Shown: positions 47,701 to 59,107 of the stretch, in pieces | Numbering within the stretch: position 1 is the first letter of the stretch | Layout: each line of letters opens with the position of its first letter | NCBI GenBank assembly: GCA_052426225.1 | Contig: JBNJNM010000012.1 | Span: forward strand, 868,001-932,000 | DNA: 64,000 bases | Source: Zancudomyces culisetae HAW-14-8 | Lineage: Eukaryota > Fungi > Kickxellomycota | Reading direction: 5' to 3' | The notes under the pieces: generated by a model | Seen by the model: the letters and a program-made list of their open reading frames with translations, nothing else | Told to the model about the DNA's origin: nothing | Databases searched by the model: none | Translations under genes and position numbers: made by a program

Positions 47701-48510
47701 CTCCAGTTAATCAATCAAATCTCAGGGTTTTCCGAGGTCTTTCTACTTATTTACTTTTAGTTAGTGCTAAGTGCTGGCCCTGTCCATTTATTTGAATGTT
47801 GTACTTACAACTCAATCTAATACCAATAGTTCTAAAACGTTAATATGTACATCATCATCTAACACTTGAAAATATGGCCTTGTCTCTCAATGTTTGAATC
47901 AATGGTCAAAAGTATTACTAAAAACCACTATCAAAGATGGGTATCTATCAATAATATGCAATATCATCATGTCCTCTTGACCAGCGATTGCCGTTCTTCA
48001 CTGCTTTTAAGTCTAATATCGAAATTAAACATAGCAAAACCAACGCCCTCGTCCCGTATTGGCTGTACTTGGTTCTCAACTACTAGGTCTGTTCTCCATT
48101 TTTTTTTTTCACAATCCGTTTTTCTTTTTTGACACGTTTTTCCCTCAACATAGCCCTTTCATATGCGGCTTATAGAACCCAGATCATTTAAAAGCCAATG
48201 GGAACAAATGAATAATGAAAGTAGCAAATTGAGTCGTGAAAAATCTAGTCTGCACTATTATTCTTTGCATATGCCATTCGCCATTTGCCACTTCTTTGCA
48301 TTCAATGCTTTTCTTTTAATTGTTAGTAAATGTAAATAATAAAAAAAAACAAACCTAAATCTACTAGAAAAATTAAAAGAATGTTTGCTAATCCAACAAC
48401 TGTTGCAAAACAAACCAATTTTAATCAGGGTCTCTTTTTTTTTTTTACTATCAAAAAAAAATAGCTACCAATAAACTTACAATAGGTAGAAACGACAAGC
48501 GACTGTTGGG

Positions 48511-49929
48511 ATGTCAGGAATAGAAAGTAGTCAAAAAGAGACAAACGGTAGTGGCAAGGAGCCATTTTCCGGCTTTTCCAATAAGTTTGGATCTCCTAGC
48601 GAACCAGGATCGCCGATGGGACTCGGCGATTATGAGTACGAAGAGCAAAACGAGTTGTTACCGATCCCAGTTTCCACATCTTATGAGATCCCAGCCACCA
48701 CAAACTACAAAGTCAATCCTCCACCAAGAGATAGACCAGTTCGCATGTATTGTGATGGAATATATGATTTGTTTCATTATGGACACGCACGAGCCATTGA
48801 ACAGGCAAAAAAATCTCTTCCAAATGTATACTTGATTGTTGGAGGTAAGTGTATATCTCAATAAAAATCATCTTGCTGCGTATAATTGTCATATCTTGCT
48901 TGGGGCCACCCAAATCCTGGGGGTCAAAAAGAGTAATAAATCATTTGGATGTGCTAAAAGCTGGATGTACATTTAAAATAACACGATGTCTGTGTAAACA
49001 GCTTGTAATGATAGGGATACACATTCAAAAAAAGGAAAAACCGTAATGACGGAACGGGAGAGATACGAGTCGTTAAGACACTGTAGATGGGTAGATGAGG
49101 TGGTTCGTGATGCACCATGGGTTGTGACCCAAGAGTTTATAGATAAGCACAAGGTATTTTGACCAGCATCAAGCTTTACTTTGATTATAATACAAACCCC
49201 GTGATTATTAGTAATATAAACAGAAAATATACGTTACTACAATAACAAGCTGTTATGTCGACAAATAGATTGACTACGTATGCCACGATGACTTGCCATA
49301 CGCATCAGCAGATTGCGATGATGTGTATGAGTTTGTAAAAAAACAGGGAAAGTTTTGGCCAACAGTAAGAACAAATAACATTTCGACATCGGATTTGATC
49401 ACACGGATAGTACGCGACTACGACAAGTATTTAAGAAGAAATTTGGAAAGAGGAGTATCGGCGAAAGAACTAAATATTTCATTTATCAAGGCATGTTTAT
49501 TTATTTACTAGTATTTACTATTCACTCTTAATATTATTAACACAGAATTGTCGTGTTAGATTACTTGAGTCTAAATCAACCTATAGTTTTCCAATATACT
49601 TATCATTTTCAATTTCTTTTCTTTAACAGGAACAAGAGCTGCAGCTGCAAAAACATGTTGAAGGGATCAAGGATCATATTAAAAAGAGCGTCAAAGATAC
49701 AAGAACCGATTTGAAGAATGAAATATCTGATCTTAAGGCTGAGCTCAAATCTATTACTCAGTTTTGGGAGGAACGGGGTTCAGAGATCTCCAAGAACTTT
49801 GGATCTATGTTTGATAACAATGTTATGAAAAGATTGTTCAGAAAAAGAAAAAGTGAGCTTGAGAATATTGCCGGAAATTCAAATGCAAAGAGAGTGAAAT
49901 CCTCTGCCGAATTCTCCAAAAAATCCTGA
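48511..49929 (+). CDS. PCT1: Choline-phosphate cytidylyltransferase, 4 coding exons
   Basis: [20 protein letters not shown] (HxGH), [46 protein letters not shown]. An upstream exon is possible. Confidence 0.95.
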
Positions 49930-50389
49930 TTAAATTCTACTTTTACTTCATCCTTTTTTTATTGTTGGTGTTTGTCTATTATGAGGAGATGAGTTTGTAG
50001 CCTTGCACCTATCTATCGGCTTTAGGCTTGATATTTGCCTAGCAGCAGGGTTTAAAATTCTTTTGCGTAATACCTAATACAACTTTTTAATGGTTAAGCT
50101 CTTTCGATTTTTCTGTTCTCTTTTTTACTGTTTTTTTTTATTGTTATATATCTTTTGTTAATGTGACACTGAGTACCAATGTTTTTGAATAATTAAATTG
50201 AATGTATTCTTTAAGTAAAATACACATCAAAATTACATAAACTACCAAAAGCAAACTAAAAATAGCAATAGTGATAGCAAAACACGTTTTTACTAAATGG
50301 TCCATCCCATAAAGCGCTTTTCTCAGAATCTATTTCCATGAACTACTAAAAAATTTTTTTTTTGGTTGATGGGCTTATTGATCCATAAA

Positions 50390-51801
50390 CTACAACTTTA
50401 AAAAGGTGTCCAAAATATCCACAATAGAGATAACCCCATTTACTTGATACTTATCACCAATAACCCACACTTGTCGGGTTCCTGCATTTATCATTCCAGT
50501 AAATACCTTGTTCAAAGTAAACATCTTGTTAATGAATCTGGATCGTGAAAGTATTACGTCTTTATCTGCTGGAGGTCTCGTGCCTATATTGTTTAAAAAT
50601 GCCAACACTGGTTTTCCCAGCAAATGGAAGTTTGTGCTGTTTAAATTACAAAAGGCCGATATTTCGATATCGGAAAGAATCTCATTGTTTGCATTTAATA
50701 TTGGAAGCGAGTTGATTTCATAAGTGTTTAACACCTTAAATCCCTCGAGAGCCAGAGTATGTGGTGTCATATATAATATGTTTTGATTTCTTTCTATGCC
50801 ATCTTTTGTTAGCACAAATCCTGCATTGGATCCGATATTCTCTTTCAAGCTACTATTTCGGTTCTTAAATAACAGCTCCGTTATCTGCTTGGATTTGATG
50901 TCCAAGATTGGCTGGATAATATGGTTTCTATTATTGAAAAAGTTGAGTAAGTCGTGGCGAGTCAATGCTATTGGTTGGCTCGTATCGATCCCACACGCAC
51001 AACTCGCATCCGCTCTTTCTACCAAGATTTGATTCGTATCTTTTCTTGCTTTCTTGCAGTTTACACTTACAAAATTGTATCTTTCTGGTATAATTACCTC
51101 TAGCAACTTTACAAGTGGTAGGTCACACTGGACTATTGCGGCTTCCGATGTTTTGGTTTTTAATACCGTTTTTATCTTCGTCTTAAATACGTTATTCATA
51201 ATTTCTCTATTATATAAAGCCTTTTCCTTGATCTGTGGTTCCAAATCTGGCTATTTTTGTCAAATTTTTTGGGGTAGATACTTGTTATATCATAGTTAAA
51301 CATGAAATTCTAAAAATACTTGAAATAGCATAAAGCAAGATGCAATAAAATCAAAAACTACCAAGTTGGATGCTCATTTTATTTTATTTCCTTCTCTTCT
51401 TATGTTTTCTCTTTCACCCCCATCAATCCCCTCCCATTTCCCCTCACCAGAACATTGCAGTATTCTTTCACTTTACTCTTAACACGCTTTCTTATGATTT
51501 TAATTCTATAAACAACAATTTAACTTACATTTGTTACAACGAAATTTATCAAATCTATTAACCCCAAAAGATCTTCAAACTTTCCGTACTTGTGAATATT
51601 TCCGGTGTCCTCTCCACTCGAATCGAAACAAACACCCAAGTACAGAGTTTTATTTTCTCTCATCAGGACTAAAGCATCTTCAATCGTGTTGTCAGAGCTA
51701 ATCCCAATTATTTTCCTTGGAGATTTCTTTTCTTTAGCCACATGCGAAACCGTATAACCGGAGAGAAAATCCATCATATTCTCGTTAACTACTTGCACCA
51801 T
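50390..51801 (-). CDS. CBS-domain protein (Sds23/AMPK-gamma-like), 2 exons
   Basis: Exons 51801-51529 and 51250-50390 are in frame. CBS-like DNTIEDALVLMREN, ALEGFKVLNTYEINSLPIL, QVWVI...GVISIVDIL. Confidence 0.75.
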
Positions 51802-53056
51802 TTTTATCTACGCTTCGCTTTCTTTTCTTTTCTTATTTTATTGCGAGAATGGCTTATATATAACCGAACTTTGGCTTATCTAACTATGTCTTACTCTATA
51901 TTATTAGCGCAATGCCTTTTTTTTTGTGAACGCGTTAATTTATTTTTCGAAATTGACCCTAATATGCGTAAATCTTATTTAAGTCTAGAACAACAGATTC
52001 TCACGTTAATTAATGTCTAGAGTGGGTATGATACAATTTCAAATTGATCATATGACTGAAATGAGTTTTGTTTGCCAAAGGTTTATTCCCCTGAAACACA
52101 TTCAGCTTGGCACAGGTTTAATTATTATTTGTTGTCAATCTTTGCTAGTGCCCTGTGCATTTTGACCTTTTTTACACACTTTGGCGTGTTTCAGAAACCA
52201 CAGTCATTTTTATATGTGCCTCTTCTTTTACCATCTATAATTTTGCTACCAAGCTCGAACTACATTACCATGCTTAAATGGGTACTATTCTGCACTTAAC
52301 TTTAGATAATGAAAGGAGCAGGAGGAAAGAAGGAGAGAGAGAAGGAAAAGGTGGCATAACTGAATGGTTACAGTGTGTCACACACCACCTCTCTATGCAT
52401 ATACCCCGGTATTGGCGCTCATTACATCGCCTTTCTACTTCTGCTTCTGTAGTAGTTATAAACCCAGCACCTATGAGATGTAAATAAATAGGTGCTGTTT
52501 TATTGTAAAATTGTTCGTATAGGATTTTTTCTCTTGTTGACATTTATTTGTAGCAACAGGGTATGCACATAAAAAAATCCTATTTGTAAAAGTATTTTAC
52601 AGCTTAAAACGTTGCATCTGTACACATGGCCAACGCTCTCTGCTCGTTAGTAGTATTTTTATTCGTTTCACTTCTCTTTTTTTGCTCTTGTTTGTATTTT
52701 TAGGGTTAGTAGGACTTTTTTTTGAGTAAATAAAGATGGCAAATTAAAATTGATTATTCAATTGGAGTTCGAGAAAGTGGTAATAAACTTGGCGAATGGA
52801 CTAGTCATCTGAAAATAGTATACTCATTTTCAACCAATAGCTTTACGTGTCCCGATGCCCAACAGTTCTACTAGCTATCAAACAGCGCATTTTATTATTC
52901 ATGTTCAGATATTATCGCCTACCAAAAGTCCAATATACTCTGATATCATTATCCTCTCTCTATTTCGAAACCCCTCTTCGGGTTAGCATTTTTGTACTTT
53001 TGCTCTAGCAATGTATTTTTGAATAATCCATAATTTATCCGGAATGAAAGCATGCT

Positions 53057-55981
53057 ATGAATGCTGATAGATACATTGAGGGAGATTTTCTAATTTCTAG
53101 AATATCTACGAATGCAAAGTCAGGCTTTTTCGATCCTTCAATCTTTGGGGTTTATGCAACTTGTACACGATGCTGCAAAAAAGTAGAACTTTGTAATTAT
53201 ATCAAACAATACTTCTTGACTCGACACAACGTTTTGGACCATGAGATAGCAATTAGCACCATAAATTATATCAATTGTGTTAACTGTGGTCAACTGGTAG
53301 ATACATACAGTAGAAATGGTAATATAGACCCTATAAAAGCCGCACAAGCCTTTAAGGCGGTTTTACAATCATTTAACTGGAAATATCGGTTTGCTTTTCA
53401 CGTAATCCTGCCTGGTAAATCTAATCCAAATAATTCTAATGACTTTTCAACAGCTGCTTCAGACATAAGATCTAGCTTCAAAATTGCTACCATATCTGTC
53501 TTTGACAATTATCTAAGAATACTTTTCGGTGTGGATGCTTTTGAATGGGTGAAGCTAGTGTATTTGACTGAGGATTATTGTGAACTTTCAACGGATGCTT
53601 TGTCTCATGGTGAAAAATGGTTTAATGCAAAAGCAAATATCATTAAGCATGTTCTAAACAATGTCTTTAGTGGCAGCACATTCCACATGAAACTAAAACG
53701 ATCCAACTTTGGTGAGATGGGCCCAAGAGCCAGAAAAAGCAACAGAAACACTCTGGAAAGCTATGTTTCTGACGGCTTTGAACCAACAGTATCAAAGCAT
53801 AATGCAAGTTATAACGGAGTGCGAATACTAGACCAACTTGAAAACGCTTTAAAACCAACTTGTATATCTGTTGGTTTTGAGCTCGACAATCGCGAGAATG
53901 GTGATACGGACTCTGATCCTGATCCAGAATGTTCATTTCTAACCGAATATTCGCATTCGAATCACAACTGTATAAATTACCCTTGTGCTACCGCGAACGA
54001 AATCACAACCCAGAGTTGTATGGGGAGCCAAAGCCAATATACCAACTGTGATGATATTGCTATCTCATGTAGTCCAGACCGCGCTTTTAAATCAAATGCA
54101 TATAGTCAAATGAGCACAATAAGCAGATATTCCAGCACAAGTTTTCCACCTGGTGTTTGGGCAACCGAGCTTTCTACATTTGAGGAGAGTCCGCATGTAG
54201 GCTTAGAGTTAGATGAGCCCTTTTTGGGCACCACTCAGGAATCTCGAACAGATGTTAGCGATTCTACTGCCCCTATACGCAATAATACGGAGAACAGTTG
54301 TAATATAACCGAATTTTTACAAACACAGCACAATATCCACGAAGACACATGTATCTCTAACATTGAAACACCGTTGATTCTGGATGGTACGCTTTGTATC
54401 GAGGTAGAGGAACAACCGGATAACACGGATAGTGGGAACCAGTGTAACCGTCCATCACAGATAAAAACGGCTCTCTCGCCAGCTACCTCTGTATCATTGT
54501 CATCTAATAGCACCATCGAACCTTGTGCCCCTGGTACTGAAAGGAAATATCCACAATTTTTTTTGCAGTATACATCTACAATTGCTGAAAAGAAACCCGA
54601 TCATATTATCTCACCAGTTTTTAATGATACATTGTCTCCAGGCTTGAAAAAGAACCTTGACGCAGATACAACTCTCTCCATTTGCGAAAAACAAAATCTT
54701 TGGCCTTATCATTCACAACACACCGATACTCAGTTTGATAAAGTACTAATTGGTTTTCTTGAAAAACACATTAACTCACAGGAAAAGAATTGTGAAGCTC
54801 GAAGGATTGGTTCTCCCCAGAAAGATTCTGGCATACTTACGGCTGTTTTACCAAGTCCAAAAATAGCTCAAAACAACAGCACTTTTAATTCTACTAAAGC
54901 ATCAATACCTGAAAATATGAATAGTCGCAAATACTTGGATGAACACGTACATCCTGACGCTACAGACACTCAGAAGCCTAGATTTACTACGCCTAGAGAC
55001 AGAATCCCACACTATGAGATCTTTTCCGATTTCAAGGAAGCTGACAACACTAGCTTTCAGCCCTCGAATGTCAATACCAGTACACAGGAGTTGTCGTTAA
55101 TTCCTACTTGCACTCAGAGGACCAGGTCTTCTCTTAGTAGCAACACAAGTCACGTTTTTACGCCAAAGGATGCTCAAGTCAGACCAAATATTTGCCTTTA
55201 TTCTGGTGAAATAAAGAATACCCAATCATTACAGCTTTTCAGCGTCATTCCAGAATCCCCACTCTACGAATATCACAACAACAATACTAATAGGGAGACA
55301 CCGCTTTGTAGCGGTTTTTTGGATGGACTGATATCACCAGTAAAGCCACTGTCTAACATTGGGGTCGCTGATACCACAAACCAATGTATACAGACAGGCC
55401 TTACGGTTTCCTCTACGACATCCATTTCGTCGATAAACAGTACACCATCGATCGTGAGAATGACACCACAGCCACGTCCAGGAGGTATTGTAATTCCCGA
55501 AACGGTATTTTTTCCTCGTGCCAGCACAGCTAACAGCAGTACAATAACGACTTTTACGTCAATATCGCGACCTTCAAACATAAATACTACTGGTGTACTG
55601 AATACAGCATCAGGAACTCCTCGCACCAGTTTGCCAAAGATGAATTTTCACTCTGCAACAAAGCCACTTGGTGACCGAGCTTCAGTGCTACCCGATGACA
55701 ACAGCCAGCGAAAACACTACGAAAATGTTTCCTTTTTGGGTAAACGTCACAGATCCACAGCAGAGGTGCAAAAGTCATCTCATAAACACCTTTTATCCAG
55801 CACTGTAGATTTACGATACGTAACTCCGACCAAAAGATCATATATGCATTTAAACACGAATCCAGATTTGAATCCAAACTCAAGCTTAAACCCAGAGTCG
55901 GTTACTAATCATATATGTACCGACAGTGTTCATGTAGATTCGGTTATTTCGGTGTTGGAAACACCCATAAACCTCCTTTGA
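53057..55981 (+). CDS. Zn-ribbon OB-fold (RPA70C-type) protein with long disordered tail, DDIAS/noxin-like
   Basis: YATCTRCCKKV...CVNCG...FNWKYRFAFHV...TISVFDNYLRILFGVDA in the first ~215 aa, followed by a ~750-aa S/T/P/N-rich tail. Confidence 0.6.
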   Translation: MNADRYIEGDFLISRISTNAKSGFFDPSIFGVYATCTRCCKKVELCNYIKQYFLTRHNVLDHEIAISTINYINCVNCGQLVDTYSRNGNIDPIKAAQAFKAVLQSFNWKYRFAFHVILPGKSNPNNSNDFSTAASDIRSSFKIATISVFDNYLRILFGVDAFEWVKLVYLTEDYCELSTDALSHGEKWFNAKANIIKHVLNNVFSGSTFHMKLKRSNFGEMGPRARKSNRNTLESYVSDGFEPTVSKHNASYNGVRILDQLENALKPTCISVGFELDNRENGDTDSDPDPECSFLTEYSHSNHNCINYPCATANEITTQSCMGSQSQYTNCDDIAISCSPDRAFKSNAYSQMSTISRYSSTSFPPGVWATELSTFEESPHVGLELDEPFLGTTQESRTDVSDSTAPIRNNTENSCNITEFLQTQHNIHEDTCISNIETPLILDGTLCIEVEEQPDNTDSGNQCNRPSQIKTALSPATSVSLSSNSTIEPCAPGTERKYPQFFLQYTSTIAEKKPDHIISPVFNDTLSPGLKKNLDADTTLSICEKQNLWPYHSQHTDTQFDKVLIGFLEKHINSQEKNCEARRIGSPQKDSGILTAVLPSPKIAQNNSTFNSTKASIPENMNSRKYLDEHVHPDATDTQKPRFTTPRDRIPHYEIFSDFKEADNTSFQPSNVNTSTQELSLIPTCTQRTRSSLSSNTSHVFTPKDAQVRPNICLYSGEIKNTQSLQLFSVIPESPLYEYHNNNTNRETPLCSGFLDGLISPVKPLSNIGVADTTNQCIQTGLTVSSTTSISSINSTPSIVRMTPQPRPGGIVIPETVFFPRASTANSSTITTFTSISRPSNINTTGVLNTASGTPRTSLPKMNFHSATKPLGDRASVLPDDNSQRKHYENVSFLGKRHRSTAEVQKSSHKHLLSSTVDLRYVTPTKRSYMHLNTNPDLNPNSSLNPESVTNHICTDSVHVDSVISVLETPINLL

Positions 55982-56160
55982 AAGTGTATTTTTTTGATTT
56001 TTTTCTCTTTATCTGTCGATGTTGATATCATTTTTTAGAATTCGCACATCTTTGAGCTTTATGCTGAAATATTTTATTTATTACAGCCTTATAAGAACTA
56101 TTAACGTAAACTAGCGTTTCGATAAACATAATCAAAGTAAAAAAATATAAAAGAACATAA

Positions 56161-57990
56161 TCAAACCTCACTGTCAATTGAATCAGTATCTGTGCGTGTA
56201 AATACCATTCGAGTAAGGCTCAGATTTCTTGTTCTGAATCCAGCCTCACAGTATGCAAAATAATAATTCCACTTTCTCAAAAGCTCCTTGTTGTAAACGA
56301 GATTACCGTTGTACGTAGACTTATCACTAAGCTTGGAAGTCTGTTCTTGTGCATTATTTCTTGACCTCGCTTTTTCTATATCGGTGATCATCTCAGGCGC
56401 GATACAGGGATGTCCCTCAATCTTGTGAAAATTTTCATTCAGCTTCTTTCTCCATAGGTACAAAGTCTTTGCATAGTGCATGGGGTGATTACGCACTTCA
56501 TTCAAGAACAGTCTCCCATCAGAGCCGTTGTTGGCCTTACCAACAAGTAATGAAACAGAGGGACAGTGAACTCCAGGAAATATATATTCTCTTATAAATT
56601 CATTTTCTCTGGTGTATTTTTCATACCTTTCGTCATTTATGGTAGTTGACTGGATGTATACGCATCCCCTTTCCTTATTGAGAAGCCTATCACACTTTTT
56701 GAAAAACAACCCCAGATTCTTGTTGCCAACATGCTCAATCATTTCAACGGACACAATCTTATCAAAGCAGTAAGTGTTTTCGTCAAGATTTCTGTAATCA
56801 ATTATTTGCACTTTACACTTTTCAGCAAGATCATGCTCCATGATTTTTCTGTCTACTTCCTTCTTTTGTTCGACACTTAGTGTTATTCCCAAAACGCGGC
56901 ATCCTACCTTTCTTGCAGCCTAAATACAGCGTATTGTAAAATTATTAAATAGCTGGTGTGTCTTTGCTTTTTCAAAATGTACATTTGTAAAGCAATAGAC
57001 CAAGCGAACAAAACCAACTGCACATGCTAATATAAATGTCAACTATTCCTGTGCCCACTTACATACGTCATGAAAAATCCCCAGCCACACCCAATATCCA
57101 AAACGTAGTCATCTTTTGTGATCTTTGACATCTCGATTATCATGTCAACTTTGTTTATCTGTGCTACTTCAAGTGTATCGCTGGGATTTTTCCATATTGC
57201 TGAAGAATATGAATGTGTTTCTTCGTCAAGAAATGACAAAAAAAATTCATTACCCAAATCATAATGGGCACTGATGTTGTTTTTGAATCCTCCATATGAC
57301 TTCCATCCAAACGTAAAAAGGTTGTATAGACAGTAGGCCCATGAACCCTGCAAAATGCTTTCCATTTGTTTTCTGTTTGCAATAAATATCTATTTGGAGT
57401 TTACAAACAAATTTTCATAGGCTGAGCTCCACTTTTGGTGTATACTTTAACTTGTATGAAAACGCTTTGTATTTTAAAAAGAAAAGTGAAAAAAAGTGAT
57501 TACCCTGAAAACATTCACAAGTCCCTTAACTTTGATCTCCTCAAGTATGTATGACTCTGCAAACCCCTATGTGTTGCAAAGTATTAAAGCCGAATTGTTA
57601 ATAATTTAAACTATGGGTGTGCCAAACAATACTAATCTTAAGACAAATTAGTACACAATTTTGGAGTAATTTTAGCAGAATACCCACCATATCAGCACGC
57701 TCGTAAATCCTTGTGTAGAAGGCAGCGTCCAGAACAGTTATCTCAGATTTCAGATTTAAGCTTTTGATGTCCCCAAATCTGTGAACGTTTTTGTCTACAT
57801 CGACAAATACAAGTAATCCCTTTTCGATCTTTGACAGGGCATTGTACAGGTAAGTATTTTCTATTTATTTTCACATGAGAATAAAACATCAGTGTCATTT
57901 ATTGGAACCACAGTGAATGGTATGTGATCAGATAATGTTTGCTTCTGTAAAACAATGCTTGTGAATTTTTCAGATCCACTTACCAAGCAT
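56161..57990 (-). CDS. Cyclopropane-fatty-acyl-phospholipid synthase family methyltransferase, 5 coding exons
   Basis: ADMGFAESYI, NISAHYDLGNEFF, YSSAIW, VLDIGCGWG, GITLSVEQ, FDKIVSVEMIEHVG, FIREYIFPG, HYAKTL..WR, RKWNYYFAYCEAGF. Confidence 0.92.
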
Positions 57991-58807
57991 TTTTAGCTAC
58001 TACTGGGATAACTTCTTTCTTGGCTTGGGTTGTAAGTGATAATTATTTATTCAGTCCTTTGTTTGGTGTCTGACTTTTGTAATATCTTTTTCTACTTAGT
58101 TTAGTATTTCCAATAAATATACACCTTTATTACACCCTTTGCGTATCTTCTTTAGTCAATACTATATTAAAAAGTAGTTAGTTATTGTTATAAAAACCAC
58201 TCTTACCTTTTATTCAAGTTGCTTTTCAGACTGTATTCTTTCAGATTTATGAGGAAGGGGGTGTACAAACCTCTTGGTATTTATACTTGTAGTCTTGAAG
58301 TAATTTTCTATTGTAATAATGAACTGAAAGGTAAATTGTCGAAAAAAAACACAATAATAGTACCCCTACATCGTTGTTTCACTCTACACAAAACCTACCT
58401 TGTATAGAACCTACGCTATTCTAGTATCATTAGCATGTAGTTGTCAACTAATATCACTTTTGACGCAGCTTATCGCATAAAGCTGCATCTTGTTGAACCG
58501 ATGTTTTTTCCACTTTTTTTCCTACTTGGAAAAATTTTATTAACAAAATGCAATGACCTTGTTTTTAATAATTTACAATAAGTCATCTTACAACTAAAAA
58601 TGTGTAAAGCTGAACTAATACTGGTAATGAAAAACGTGATTTATCCCAAAAGTACCCTTTTAAGATAAAAAAAATTCTGCATTGCCAGTGTTTTTGTAAA
58701 ACGAAAGAAAAACTTAAACCTTTTTCCCTATAGGAATTCTTCAAATAGCACTCTGATTTGCTTCGAATGCATCGGAGACTGTGCTAACATGTTCCTATAA
58801 ACTTATT

Positions 58808-59107
58808 TTAATTTGATATACGCGGTTCATGATATGTAGTTTCAAATCTTCCTAAAAAGATTAATTGATTGTGCATTGAAATAAAGTGTTCTGGGAGTCC
58901 AATCAAATCAACACCACTTGAAAAAACCGCTTCCGCGTTCTTATATTTATCACAGTCATATCCAGAACCCTCAGCTATTAAAAGCTCATTTAGGAAAAGT
59001 TTTTTTTCTCTGCTACCAGGAGGTTACTTAAGGATATATTTTCCGTTAATCAAGTATTTTTATTCCTCCATCAATTGGGCTTTCGATATATTAATGACAA
59101 TTGGATA
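58808..59107 (-). pseudogene. Degraded ORF remnant, family unknown
   Basis: A ~100-codon protein-like frame (YPIVINISKAQLMEE*KYLINGKYILK*PPGSREKKLFLNELLIAEGSGYDCDKYKNAEAVFSSGVDLIGLPEHF...) is broken by two TAA codons. Confidence 0.3.

Noticed and set aside
44705-48510. Hidden gene or structured RNA in the 3.8-kb MED25-PCT1 divergent intergenic region
   Set aside because: Only short low-complexity ORFs and weak hairpins (such as ~46486-46502); compatible with long UTRs or promoters.
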